Notes: generated by a model from the sequence alone, not told the origin. A stretch of 64,000 nt of DNA from Octopus sinensis (GCF_006345805.1 NC_043007.1:13640001-13704000), one strand, 5' to 3'; counted from the first letter of the stretch, positions 14,467-28,781 are shown. Made by a program: numbers and translations.

Positions 14467-14721
14467 TATTTGTTTTCTTGTGATCTAACTTGCATTTACT
14501 TCTCATTGACAGATAGGCCACCCATAATTGGATACAACTCACCCAACAAAACCTCACTACTTGAATGGACCATAAACAAAACTTGACTTAAACAGGATTC
14601 AAATAATCCTATCAGGTGGTGCTATTAAGTTAGACATGGCCTGGACCAATCTTTGGTCGAAACATATCTAAGTTTATCTAAGTTTAGCATTTATACAATA
14701 TATTCTGCACAACGCTTCACA

Positions 14722-14779
<58 letters not shown>

Positions 14780-15229
14780 ATATACGTATTCATATATTTA
14801 TATAACTGAAAAAGTTGGAGTCAACAAGAAGGAGTACGGTCGGACATTTATTTTCAATCACTTCAATAGTTTCTATGCAACGTAGTTCTCCAGGCATGCG
14901 GGTACTCGATTATGCAACTGTTCCTTTGCATTATAAGATCTTGTTGTGTTTCCTCAAGCAATATGTAAATATTGTCTACCGAAGTTCAAAAGCTCGATTT
15001 CAAGAGCAACTTCTCTGTCTGCCGTGACTTGAAGTTAGTAATAGCCACTGAATTTATCTCTTCACACACGATAGACGGCCAAACGCAAACCTAGAAGTAG
15101 GTATAATACTGCTACTGGATAGCAATGAGTGAAATTTGTAGCTGGATGAGCCTTATAGAGTACTCTTCTAAGTTCTTAAGAGAATATATCATAACGATGG
15201 TGATTTCGAAATGTAACCACATCTGAATC

Positions 15230-15510
15230 GTTGGCGATTCTTTTGCTACATCTTCCTTTTCTATTAGACATTCCAGTTTCTGAAGAAGAGCTTTGCTCGA
15301 AACGTCAAACCACCTTTCTTTCCTTCCCTGAGCGTCTGCTTATACTTTACATGTATCACGTCCTCACGTTGTGTTTGTTCTTTTTTTTGCGAGTGGGGGG
15401 ATTGACCGCTAGCTACCAAAGCTTTATTTTTTATTCTCTCTCTGTTTATTTTCTCATGTTCCTTCTTCATGAAGAGCGTAGGCACGAAAAGTAAAAGACT
15501 TTCTCACCTT
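15230..15510 (+). mobile_element. Penelope-type repeat with two tandem units, each carrying a hammerhead-like motif
   Basis: Motifs at 15276-15310 and ~15463-15499. Flanks (CCTGAGCG, CGCTAGCT) match the minus-strand copies at 20662 and 46453. Confidence 0.7.
15276..15310 (+). ncRNA. Minimal type I hammerhead ribozyme motif (dimer-dependent, PLE-type)
   Basis: GTTT-CTGAAGA-A-GAGC(TTT)GCTC-GAAA-CG-TC-AAAC: intact core, stem I GTTT/AAAC, stem II GAGC/GCTC, palindromic ACGT in place of stem III, GUC site. Confidence 0.75.
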
Positions 15511-15571
15511 CTAGAAAAACATAATTCTCACAAAAATCAGCTGACAGATTATATTAGCAGCGCGCGCGCGT

Positions 15572-15617
<46 letters not shown>

Positions 15618-17100
15618 ATATGATAGTGTGACATAAGTCGTTTCTGAGTTCAGTATTATTTGACGGAAACGATAAATCCTAATGACGAAGACAAAAGTTA
15701 ATAAAATAGACTGAAAATTAATCCTGGTGTTTGAATTCTGACTTTAATGATGAAAACTGGATCATTAAATTGTGTAAGAAACTGTGATCCATTCAGTAAA
15801 TGGCCGCATATTAGGAAGTCCTGTATTCGTGCAACTATACATGAATTCTACATTTCCTATGAGTAAGTGAGAAGTTTATTGTCAACCTGTAGACATGATC
15901 CGAATGCTCGTACAAAATATGAACTTCACTATAAAAGCCCATTTATTATTTGGAGGATTTTACTCGGCAATAGCTTCAGTGTACAGCGACACAGACTAAG
16001 CCTATAATATACGTGTTTTTGTGAAATAAGATATATTTACTGGTCATGACAAAATGCGGATTGCGCAGTGATCATTCAACTGAAACGAAATGTAATGTAA
16101 AATATCCTTTTAAGTTTATGATACCTTGCATAGCTTAGCGTAATCTTGACTGTTTCACTTTGTATTCTACACATATAAAATCTAATATATATATAATATT
16201 AAAAAAATGCAGCGTTTTTTTTATACATATAAAGCATAAATATTTAATTAAGATGGTAGTACATGGAAGTAAACGTACAAAAGTATGAACGAAGTAAATA
16301 GAAGTGATTAAAGAAATTTAAAGGAATGTTTCGATTCGAAAATGGTAATTTAGTTTTGTGTATGAAGAGACTGGTTTCCGCTGATTGGGCTACCAGAAAA
16401 CGAGGCAAAAAATAGTAGAATGGGACGGAACAAGGAACGATGAGTGGGGAAAAAATTTAAATGGAAACTTACGATCGGCCTTCAGTATCAGGGCAAGTAT
16501 TACGATGAACACTTTATTAATAACCAAAAGAAGCAATAGTTAGCGAAAAAAAAAATGAAATTAATAATCACTATACATGAGAATGTATGGCTGTATGTGT
16601 GTGTGTGTGAAAGGATGGCGTTCATAATATCTGCAATATTAAAGCATTTATTAGGCACTCCTGTACAAAAGAAAAGATGGGGAAATATAATGTCAGGTTA
16701 AGAAATTTAAAATTATAGAATGAAAGAAGAGATCAATCGTATAGGAGAAAGGAGGGAGAAAGGGACAAAAGTATTGTAATCTATAAATGAAAGGCCTGAA
16801 TTTTAGGAAATAGACGAAAATTTTGTAAAAGAAGAACAAACAAAAAAAACACAAAATGAAATTGCTTTAAAAAAAAAGCACTAAAGACATTGAATGATGT
16901 AAAGATGTATGAGCGTTAGCTACATTTAGTAAAAATTCTTAAATGCATGTGTGTGTGTGTGTGTGTGTGTGTGTGGTAAATCTCAGGAGCCTGTAATTTC
17001 AAAACGAGCGGTTTTCTGTATTTTGTACGAAGGAACAATTTAAAACAGATGAAATTAAGACACTTCTCTGTCTTCGTATTTAATACACTCACACGGATAA

Positions 17101-17135
<35 letters not shown>

Positions 17136-17151
17136 TGCATACACACACACG

Positions 17152-17184
<33 letters not shown>

Positions 17185-17486
17185 TCGTTTCTTGAGTACA
17201 TGTTTTTAAGAAAGACATTCGTACACATGTACACACTCCTATGTTCAAACGTGTACACATCCATATACGCCGATACAGACACTCGCATAAAAATTACACA
17301 AATGCTTAATGCTTAATAGTTTTCTCTCCTGGTGTTCAACCGTCCTTGGTACCGTGTTTGGTCGCTTACTTTGTATTCAGTCAAGCGATATGTAGCTTTA
17401 ATCGACTCGTCACACTGTCTGACATTTAGAGTCCTTTCTAAGAATAAAAAAAAAATACCCGCTAGATTAGGCTGGGCGATAACAGT

Positions 17487-18110
17487 TTATTTAAAGTAGC
17501 CGCCTTCATCTTTCACCGCGGCCTCATGACGTCTCCGAAATCAGGTGCATCTGTTCCTCACTGTGTTCCTGGGAAGATCTTCCAGCATCTCTTTGATCTT
17601 GGCCACAAGATCGGCCCCTATGTAAGCTGACACAACAGTTGGTACCTTTCTCAACCACGCTCCGCTCGTAGTAATCCGTGGAATTTACAATCGGAGGAAT
17701 TAGGACGCCAGACATAAGGTGGAGGGTGCTGATCATGCTGTGGAATTCCTCAGACAATCCCTTCCGATTATTTCCAGAGATATGCTAAGGGGCCGAATCC
17801 TGATGTTGCACATATGACCTTTCAGTAACAACTCTCTTCAGCCTGAGTTTGACCTGTCTCCAGTAGCTTTACATAGCCGTCTGAATTTGAGTCTGAGGCT
17901 CTGTTCAATGTTGTGGAGATAGACTGTTGCATGCAAACCCAGTCAGAACGCCGGCTATATCTCTTCTGGTCACGGCTTCGATGTCGGCCTTGTAGTTGTC
18001 CATGTCACCTTAAATTCTTTACAGTGTTCATAGAGCATTGAACTGCAGTTATGATGTCGGCATTTGGGCACTCGACGAGAATCCTTATGATAGAGGTAAC
18101 ACTTTTCCAA
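17487..18110 (-). pseudogene. Decayed Tc1/mariner transposase (probably maT/DD37D-like), internally deleted
   Basis: Frame-broken minus-strand translation: ...AVQCSMNTVKN...; LNSDGYVKLLET; RSYVQHQDSAP*H; VWRPNSSDC/STDYYERSVVE (cf. WPPNSPDLNPLDY); LVAKIKEMLEDLPRNTVRN...EAAVKDEGGYFK*. Confidence 0.82.
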
Positions 18111-19039
18111 CATTCATACAGCTTCCAGTCCCACAAAAACAACTTTAAGTTTTATGGTCTCCAACGCTGTTGACAGTTCATTAAAACGATTTTATCATCA
18201 TTTATTCATTGTAGCTGTTTCTCAGAGAAAGAAGTGCGTTGTCCATGGGGTTCTACAAAGGGATCTAGCCTTAAGAGTTTAAGGGAGGAAGAAAGAACAG
18301 CATGGGTGTCAGAATCACAGAAGAGACCTAGAACTAAAGTGACCTGCAAATCGTTTGCTTACTTTGTTGTTGCTTATAGTTAGTCCCTTATTTTTCATAG
18401 TTAGTGGTTCGACAAGTAGACACCGACTAATGTAATAGTAGCCTGTAATAATTATTTGAACCGATATGCTTGTATAAAAAAAAACCTGTAGAGGAAGTTT
18501 TTCAATGGTGACCGTAGTCAAGTGATTGTAACCTACAAAAGAATAAAAGGATGCATAAACAGTTGAGTGCACACATACGCACACATGCAAACACAGGCGA
18601 GCTGGAAGAAATACAAATGCTAAGAGACATGGAAATGAAAATAAATTTTCAAAATGCAATTTAAAAGCATGGCAATTGTTGGAAGTGAATTGTGACCTTT
18701 TAACCTTTTAACCTAAAATATGACTGTAAAATATTCTGTAAACCAATCATTGATTTATTTTTTAAAACTTCTTTTCTCTGCGTAGTTTTTTTCCGCCTTT
18801 AATCTTGGTTTTTATTATTGATATATCTTTTAATACTTCATGCGTGTAACCAGCGCGTGTCTGAGTGAGAAGCTTTTGAACTACTCTTAAATGATTCATT
18901 TTTGGAAAACAGTAATGTCTGAAGAAATATGTGATGTTCTGAGTTTGCAAGAATTAGCAGAAATAGTTCAAGAAGTGGGATACTTTTTACACCAGAAGGA
19001 AGATTAGACGTGTGACGTTTCTGACGGTTGGCAATCTTC

Positions 19040-19073
<34 letters not shown>

Positions 19074-20661
19074 GGAGAGACAGACAGACAGATAGAGAGA
19101 AAAGAGAGATGGATAAAGTGAAAGGGAGAAGAGTCGGGAGATTGAAGTAGGAAGATAGGGAGTCAGCTATAATGCTCTTAATATCAGCAGCTCTTTTATT
19201 AGTGAAGGTTTATCAAAGAAAAAAATATTTTCTGAAAACTTTGCAACGCTATTTTCTTGAGAAATGTTCACAAGAATATGTTTTTGATAAGGTTGTTGTT
19301 GCCGATACTATTGCCTTTGCCGCTGTCTTATATGTTTCTGCTACTGCTGCTGGAGAATTTTCCTTGATCATCTGTTTTAAACAGAACTATGTTCATCGGT
19401 GTTTGCTCCATTAACATCCTCCTCCATTCTCTCCGATGTTGTATAGCTGGTTCTACATCATCTCGTAGTGTATAAAAGTGTAATTTGCACAAGTTTTGAA
19501 TCCTTTACTGAATTGATCGAAGGCTGATCTAATCTTCTTCGCTTTGAAAGGGTGTAAATACAAATATCAATCCTATACGAAATTTGTTAGCAGCTGTTAT
19601 CGTTCGTGATTTCTTTTCCGACAAATGGCAATATACAACGTGATTGAAGAGATGTGTACAAAAGAGGAACTGCAGTCATTTTCATCTAATCATTTTCTTT
19701 TCTTGATTTTTTTTCTATGACAGCAAATATCTATGAACACATCCTATGTGTCATCTTTTGTAAAATAAGATATGGTGTGATTAGTGGGCGAAATTGCTGC
19801 TATTTCTAATTGGTGGACAGACCACGAAACAGACTCCCCCGTTGGCTCGTTAATAGAGTAGCAGGTATAGTAGGTGTGACTAAGTGGGAGGAGCAAGAGG
19901 AAAGCAAAGGCATTGATTAGGCTCAGATTAGATTAGGGTTGGCATGGCATAAAAACATGAGTTTGAGAGGGACAGAGAAAAATAACGTACCTGTAAAAGA
20001 TAAAGAGGTGTGACAAATAAATAAGTTATTGAACTGTACAATACAATAGATTTCCTGTTAGATGAACGGTTTTTGATGGGTTCACTATAAGCATGTGTGA
20101 GTATGATAAGTATAAAGTACTAGATGTATATAAATGTTCGACATATTTGTGTTTTGTTGTATATTGGCAGGTATTCATTCAGGCGTAAATCATTTTTGTG
20201 GCGTCGAAATAGAAGATGCAGCTTTTGTCATGCAAGCGATGTGAAAAATGTGAAGATTTTTAGGCAAATATGTTGGAGGACATAAAAAGATATAGAATTC
20301 TTATGAGAAGTAAATTTTTGCTTGCATTTTCTGTCCGAGTGAAGTTGATAGATTGTTTTGAGAAATATAGAAAAAAAAAATTACGATTTAGAAAACAACG
20401 TACAATAGGCGGGAAATCAGCGTATGTATTTCAATGCCGTGTATGCGGTTGTACTGTTAGGGAACACGTTTCAAACTCACATGGTTTCGGGTTCAATTTT
20501 ACCGTAAGTAAATTCTATAATCCACCTAATTGGATAAAGAACATGTGAGTGTATTTCACAGACGGAAACTGTGCAGAATCCTATCGTATACACCATATAC
20601 ATAAAGTAGGAATTCAATAAGAAATTCCCCATCATTTATATATACATGTACATATACATAT

Positions 20662-20843
20662 AGGGAGAGTTTACGAAAAAAACAACAAAAGACGAAGACA
20701 GGTGGTGTACAAAACAAACAGATGTATTAGTATAACGCTCAGGAATAGAAAAAGTATTTTACGTTTCGAGCCTACACTCTTCTACAGAAAGGGACACAGA
20801 ATAAATAAGGAGAGAAAAAATGTGTGTAGTGGCTAACGATCTA
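20662..20843 (-). mobile_element. Penelope-type repeat with a variant hammerhead motif (20755-20792)
   Basis: Minus strand reads CTTT-CTGTAGA-A-GAGT(GTAG)GCTC-GAAA-CG-TA-AAAT. Homologous to 46453-46668. Confidence 0.7.
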
Positions 20844-21216
20844 TACATACATGTATACACATGCAAGCGAGTGCACACACACACGAAAACACTCACACAG
20901 GCACACACACATATACACACACGTACACACACATGTGTGGTAAGAATGAGTTTATGTGTGTGTGTATGTTTGTGTGTGTTTGTGTCTGTGTATGTCTTCA
21001 TGTTTACGGCTGTTCCTTACATATTGGGAACACATGTTGATATTTTATCTCAACAAAACTTAACTGTTCAACGAAGTGTACGATATAGAGTAAGTTCTAG
21101 TCTTATAAACACAAGCACCGGAGATCATATGATCGACTACCTCGCTTGAGACGTGTCGCAGTAAGCTCATTTCTCGGGAGATATACATAAAGACAGACAG
21201 ATAGACAGAGAGACCT

Positions 21217-21656
21217 ATACTCTTTACTCTTTACTCTTTACTCTTTTACTCTTTTAGTTGTTTCACTCATTTGACTGCGGTAATGCTGGAGCACCGCCTT
21301 TAATCGAGCAACTCGAACCCAGGATTTATTCTTTTGTAAGCCCAGTACTTATTCTATTGGTCGCTTTTGCCGAAACGCTAGGTAACGGGGACATAAACAC
21401 ACAAGCATCGGTTGTCAAGCAATGCTAGGGGGACAATCACAGACACACAAAAAAACACACACGCATATATATATATATATATACACATATATACGACGGG
21501 CTTCTTTCAGATTCCGTCTACCAAATCCACTCACAAGGCTTTGGTCGGCCCGAGGCTATAGTAGAAGACACTTGCCCAAGGTGCCATGCAGTGGGACTGA
21601 ACCCGGAACCATGTGGTTGGTAAACAAGCTACCTACCACACAGCCACTCCTGCGCC
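21217..21656 (-). mobile_element. SINE family D, full length, with internal microsatellite
   Basis: Head GGCGCAGGAGTGGCTGTGTGGTA...GGGTTCAGTCCC, internal (TA)n(TG)n, tail (TAAAGAG)n, TSD-like TATACTCTT on both sides. Confidence 0.9.
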
Positions 21657-21693
21657 TTTATACTCTTATTGTTTATTTTCGTAAACCTTCCCG

Positions 21694-21738
<45 letters not shown>

Positions 21739-21741
21739 TAT

Positions 21742-22390
21742 ATTGCATGTGCAGGCATCACGTCAATTAGAGCTATGATTTTGGGAACCCAAATGAGATG
21801 GTGTGGCCATATTGTTCGAATGGCGGATGAATGCATGCCTAAACAGCTGTTTTTATGCTGAGCTTGTAGAGGAAAAACGCTATCGGCGTAAACCTAAAAA
21901 AAAGGTTTAAGGACGGCATAAAGACTACTATGAAGTCAATTGAAATGGGTTCAGAAGACATAGAAACCCTTGCTTTGGATCGAGCTGGATGGTGAAAAAA
22001 AGTGTGGAGTGGAGTGAAAGCATTTGAAGAGGACAAGGTAACACACGGAAGACTGAAGAGGTGATTCACAATGACCTTTTTGTGTGCACAGTTTGTGACA
22101 GAACATGCCTCTCGTTTGCTGGGCTCAAATCTTATTTGCGAATCCATGTAAAACGAACGTCCACCAACAATTCTGCCTATATGTCTGTGCACACATTTCA
22201 ATGCAATGTATGCGAGAAGGTTTGCAAATCTAACGGAAGCCTCAAAAGACATTTTAAGATCCACAAAGATCAGAACTTAACAGTCAGCTCTTGGTGTTCG
22301 GAATCGGATATGCAATCTATTTGGGTGTCCTTTCAGAATATTGTCTGGTTTAAAAAGCCACATCAGATGGCATGATGGTTCTAAGGTATA
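21742..22390 (+). mobile_element. RTE-clade LINE 3' fragment with three C-terminal C2H2-like zinc fingers (disrupted)
   Basis: MRWCGHIVRMADECMPKQLF/YAELVEEKRYRRKPKK/RFKDGIK...LALDRAGW*, then CTVCDRTCLSFAGLKSYLRIH, CNVCEKVCKSNGSLKRHFKIH and frameshifted CNLFGCPFRILSGLKSHIRWH. Confidence 0.85.
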
Positions 22391-22433
22391 GGTAAATGAG
22401 GTGTTCAAACTCTGCATAAGGAGTAGACAGCCA

Positions 22434-22483
<50 letters not shown>

Positions 22484-23481
22484 ACACACACACACACATG
22501 CACACACAAACACACACACACACTCATACACACACATATATACACACACAAACACACACACACATACACACACATATATATATATATATGTATACGGCAA
22601 ATAAGAAGGTGGAGAGGATACAAAATCGACAGAGATCAGCTGGTAAACATTGCAGTATGTCTATTCATTCCAATGTATCACATGAATACATACACATGTA
22701 TTAGTGGTACAGATTATCAAATAGAAAGAGTTGGTAATTGCAAAAACAAGGATGCGGAAGCATATAATCTTATAGGAACAAGTGATTGAGTAAATGAACA
22801 GATTGTCAGTAAAACCGAATGGATGTGAAGGTGCTAGTTTCTTACGGCCGTTTCTGCCAAAAGGAAACGAAATCTTCCAGCATATCTCCATCTTTTCAGT
22901 GTTATGTAGGGATGAGCAGCTAAGGCTAGGATGATGAATGTGCCTCCAGGCTTCTTCAGAGGGTCTACGTGGTTGAGGGGGAGCTAACGCATATGAAAAC
23001 AGTTAATAATAGCTACAGTGTTTGTCTTTTTTAAAATAGAGTAGAAGCAGAAGAGGGGTAAAAATATGAACAAGCATGAGGATGTAAGTGAAGTACATCT
23101 AAGTATAAGGATTTGGATATAGCATTGGGAAATAAAATACAGACTTTCTGTGAAGTATTTTAGGATCCATGTTACTTCGTCCAGTGGTGGATTGGTGAAT
23201 ATAGTCGTTCTCAAGAGGAAGTTTTACAGGAAGGATAATTTTAGGCAGTAGTTCAAATTAAGTTCACGTAGAGCTTCAGTGGTGTGTTCGAAGGTGTGGT
23301 CCGTGTTACGGAGGTGAGAAGTTTATATGCAAAGGGTGCTTGTGTCTGTTCCCGCCCTGCTATCGTTTTACAACCGATGCTGGTGTGTTTATACCCCGTA
23401 TGTATGCATGTATGTATGTATGTATGTATGATTGTATGTATGTATGTATGTATATATGTATGTATGTATGTATGTGTGTAT

Positions 23482-23798
23482 AGTGAAAGCGCGTGGCTTA
23501 GTGGGTAGGGTATTCGGCTCACGATGGTAACGTCGTGTGTTCAATTCCCGGTGACGCGTTGCGTTCTTGAGCAAGACACTTTATTTCGCCTTGCTCTTGC
23601 TTACTCAGTAGGCAAAAATGAGTAGTACCTGTAATTCAGAACGGCCAGACTTTTCCCATTCTGCGTCATGCTGAATCTCCCTGTGAACTAGATTAAGGGT
23701 ACGCATATCTGTGGAGTACTCAGCCAATTGCACGTTAATTCCACGCGCAAGCAGTACCGTTGATTAACTGGAAACCTCGTCGTAACCGAAGAAGTGCC
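23482..23798 (+). mobile_element. SINE family A, diverged copy
   Basis: Colinear with 7648-7970 but with many substitutions. Confidence 0.85.
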
Positions 23799-24138
23799 AA
23801 TTTGTATATACATATATGTGTGTGTGTGTTTTGTGTGTGTGTGTGTGTGTGTACACATATTCACATATATGCGTGTATGTATCTGCCTTTATGTATGTAA
23901 GTATATAATTTGTATATTTCCGAATTTATACATGAAAAGCAAATTTAAATTATACGATGTCGAAGGTTTTAATATCCATGCTTGGAAAATAAGTAGATGT
24001 GAAAGTTAGATATTGGGGCATTTGCAGAAAACTGCACCTGCAAAGAGAAGATGATGCATTCAGAGAAATTCTATAAGATGATAATGATGTTCAAATGTCT
24101 GCTGCTTTATGAATATGTAATATATGTACACACACAAG

Positions 24139-24170
<32 letters not shown>

Positions 24171-24254
24171 AATATATATATATGTGCATATATTTATATC
24201 TTATTTATATTATTATATGATCGAACACCACGCATCCTTTTCCAAGTAAGTTTT

Positions 24255-24612
<358 letters not shown>

Positions 24613-25059
24613 ATATAAAAGTGGAACTCTAATCACAATAATGAGTACAATAATCAGTAGATGTTATATTGGTAGCTTAAACTTGCTTTAATATAATAAA
24701 TTCAGTAGATATTTTACATGCTAGATATATATCTACGTATCCCCAAAATGAAAATATAACACACAACGCAAATGCTTACATATAGACATATATGATGTGT
24801 ATATATTCATGACTTTATGCCACATCAACACCCCAACCTACACCCAGCCACACACACACATATTTCAGTGAGTTCAATTTCGTCAACGTACGTCAATGCA
24901 TGTCTAGTACATACAAGTGCCGATGGCCAGGACGCATCCATATACTTTCCACTTAAGCATATTTTTTCTTTTCTTTAAAACGAAATGTGACAAAACATAC
25001 ACTAGCGCACGACATCGTAAAAGCATATAATTCATATAATCCATGCATATATATGTATA

Positions 25060-25113
<54 letters not shown>

Positions 25114-25219
25114 TATATGTACATATATATATATATATAGATATATATATTATATATATATATTATTATATATATATAATATATTTTATATATAACATAT
25201 AATATACATATTATATATG

Positions 25220-25264
<45 letters not shown>

Positions 25265-25305
25265 ATATTATATATATATGCATACATACGCATGCACACA
25301 CGAAC

Positions 25306-25344
<39 letters not shown>

Positions 25345-25855
25345 CATGATTACATTTATGTTTTTTTTGCTTTTTTTTTGTATTTGTTTCGTTGTTTATT
25401 TTTTGTGTTACTTCAAGCGGGAAAATGAATAGTTGTAGCTTCAATGACACCAAGAAATTACATTTACAAAATTGCTAATGGATTCGCGATTTCACTCAAT
25501 GAAAACTACAAATTCACAATAGAACACGTGATGCTGTGATTCGTATTCATCCACCTTCCGTGTCTGATGGATTATTTAAACATATACACGTGCGTCTCTC
25601 TACGTAAACGCGCGCGCTTACACGCCACGTATCTATATACGTCACTGTAAGCTTGATGTTTCAATGTGTGTTGCGCATACGGATATCTATTGAAACATGT
25701 TTATAATTGTTTGTGAGCTTATATCGGTTGAGTTAAAAGGACTTAGCGAATAATATAATTAACACAGCAGTTAATGTTCCTAGATTATGTTTTATACAGG
25801 CATTCCACATGTGCTCAAAGTCCTGCGTGTATGTGAGTTCAGACTATATATATAT

Positions 25856-26028
25856 ATGCTGTGGCTGTGTGGTAAGTAACTTACTTACCAACCGCATAGT
25901 TCTGGGTTCAATTCTACTGCGTGGAACGTTGGGCAAGTGTCTTGTAATATAACCTCGGACGACCAAATCCTTGTGAGTGGATTTGCAAAACGGAAACTGA
26001 AAGAAGCTCGTCGTATATGTATCTCATA

Positions 26029-26062
<34 letters not shown>

Positions 26063-26503
26063 TATATATATATGTGTGGTGTGTGTGTGTGTGTGTGTGT
26101 GGTGTGTGTGCGTGCGTGTTTATATGTTTGTCCTCACACCATCGTATGACAACAGTTAGAATAAGTACTAGGCTTAAAAGAATAAGTCCTAGGGTCGATA
26201 GATATTTCTTTATTGTCCACAAGAGGCTAAACACAGAGGGGACAAACAAGGACAGACAAAGGGATTAAGTCGATTACATCGACCCCAGTGCGTAACTGGT
26301 ACTTATTTAATCGACCCCGAAAGGATAAAAGGCTAAATCGACCACGGTGGAATTTGAACTCAGAACGTAACGACAGACGAAATACCGCTAAGCATTTCGC
26401 CCGGCACGGTAACGTGTCTGCCAGCTCGCCGCCGGTCGATATAATCGATTTAATCCGTTTGTCCTTGTTTGTCCCCTCTCTGTGTAGCCCTTTGTGGGCA
26501 ATA
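25856..26503. mobile_element. Nested SINEs: family D (+) interrupted by family C (-, ~26203-26433), followed by a family C tail (+)
   Basis: D head and internal microsatellite run to GGTCGATA (~26200). The inverted C copy is bounded by a repeated GGTCGATA. Confidence 0.75.
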
Positions 26504-26769
26504 CATACAAAAGGAGAGAGAGAGGGAGAGAGAGAGAGAGAGAGAGGGATGTTCGAATTCTGCTAGTGATAGTATCAATTGTCCGCTTCTTCTTCTTCTT
26601 CTTCTTCTTCTTCTTCTTCTTCTTCTTCTTCTTCTTCTTTCTTCTTCTTCTTCTTCTTCTGCTACTATAACTATTGAAAGTAGATACAAACTAGAATCTA
26701 AGTGCATGTACTTTATAAATATATATCTGTCTCTAGGTACTTGTATGTATTTTGGGTGTCTCTGTAGAC

Positions 26770-26904
26770 GTGACCGTGTGGCAGCAAGTTTAATTTCCCA
26801 CCACATGGCTCAGAGTTCAGTTCCACTGTATGGTACCCTGGAAAGTTGATTCCAACAATAGCCTGCCTCGGGCTGACAAATGTCTTGTATATATACATAC
26901 ACAC

Positions 26905-26964
<60 letters not shown>

Positions 26965-27310
26965 ATATATATGTGTGCGTGCGTGTGGGTGTATTTATAT
27001 ATATGTACGCGGGGCTTCTTTCAGTTTCCGTTCACCATATCCACTCACTCTGTATGTTTTCGAGGTTGCGTGAATGTCTTTCTACGTGTGTTTCTCCGCA
27101 ACCATTAATTAGCAGCCGGTGTTGGATGTTTACATCCCCGTAACTTAGCGGTTCGGCGAAAGACCAATAATATAAGTACTACGCTTTACGACAAAAAAAC
27201 AAAACAAAAAGAAAAAACAGTCCTAGCGTCGAAAAGTTCGATCAAAATACCGCAAGGCAGAATCTCAGTGTTGCCATAGTCGAATGACTGAAACAGGTAG
27301 AATTAGAAAA
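26770..27310 (+). mobile_element. SINE family D, degenerate or rearranged
   Basis: CCACATGGCTCAGAGTTCAGTTCCACTG head and CCCCGTAACTTAGCGGTTCGGC...GAATGACTGAAAC tail. Confidence 0.65.
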
Positions 27311-27359
27311 TGTATGACATCTATATATAGTATATGTATATATATGAATATAAATGTGG

Positions 27360-27413
<54 letters not shown>

Positions 27414-27512
27414 TGTGTGGTGTGTGTGTGTGTGTGGTGTTTCTATTATAACCTCGGGCCGACCAAATCCTTGTGAATAGATTGCTAAACGGAAACTGAA
27501 AGAAGCCCGTCG

Positions 27513-27556
<44 letters not shown>

Positions 27557-28279
27557 GCATGTATGTATTTATATATTTGAAGAATTGTATAATTATATTA
27601 TGACAAAATTCTCATTGCCCCAAAAATTGTTTCGAGCTTAGATATATATATTTCGCTTAGTTATTGCAGCACAAATAACCTGGAGTAGAACTCAATAGTT
27701 ATTACTGAGATACTCAAGTATGTGTACCCTGCATCTTATAGGGAAGACAGCTGCAAGTCTAATGAAGTTCACAAGATAATCGTTTGTTCCTTGTCATCTG
27801 CTTTATACACACGCACACACACACACATATATATATATATATGGTTCGTCTGGGATTACTCATATCAGACGGGTATGTTCGATTTTTATTGCTCTCAAAT
27901 TTAAACCTAACGAAATCTTGGGCTGATGACAGGAATGTTGATATGGGTATGTATTTCTAGCATATCTATATCTAACTAACCCAGAAACGGCGTTCTCAAG
28001 TAATCGATGTACGTGTGATCTTTCGTTATTTTCCCCTCTATACCTACGTGAATTGTTTTCTGAGTAGACATTGTCTGGGAGACTCTTCTTATAGTAGAGG
28101 AAATAGCTAAATCCTTTGGCTGCTATTTCTAAAAGTTCGGTGTGTGGTAAAGTAAAATTTTTTACTGAACCCTAATTATATAACGAAATGTTTTAAATAT
28201 ACCGTAAATGGTCTTTTTACATACTGAACACTACTTGGTAAAATTATTAATTAATAATTAATTAATTTTACCCTTTTAT

Positions 28280-28320
<41 letters not shown>

Positions 28321-28619
28321 TGTATGTATGTATGCATGTATGCATAATCGTACCCACAATCATATATATATCGTGTATAATATTTTAATGAGGTGAGCTA
28401 ATAGGGAAGCCGTGTGCGTATGCAGAAATGAATCATAGCTTACGTTTGTTTCAGAATATATGTAAATAGGGCGTTAAAGATATATTTTCATATATTCAAT
28501 ATATTGCGCTTCTAACTATCGGTTTTGTTTTTAATATTTCATCTAAGGAAAATTTATTTCATTTTATCGAAATATTTCTTTAAATTTTTATTGAATTTAT
28601 ATATGAACAATATTGTTTT

Positions 28620-28644
28620 ATAATAATAATAATTATAATTATTA

Positions 28645-28727
<83 letters not shown>

Positions 28728-28747
28728 GTTGTTGTTGTTATCATTAC

Positions 28748-28781
<34 letters not shown>

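Noticed and set aside
19010-19045. Possible hammerhead on the minus strand (CCGAAGA...GAAACGTC)
   Set aside because: Stem I does not pair and stem II is poor. At best a decayed relic.
22061-22375. Host C2H2 zinc-finger gene
   Set aside because: Contiguous with RTE reverse-transcriptase C-terminal sequence, frameshifted, and lacking TGEKP linkers.
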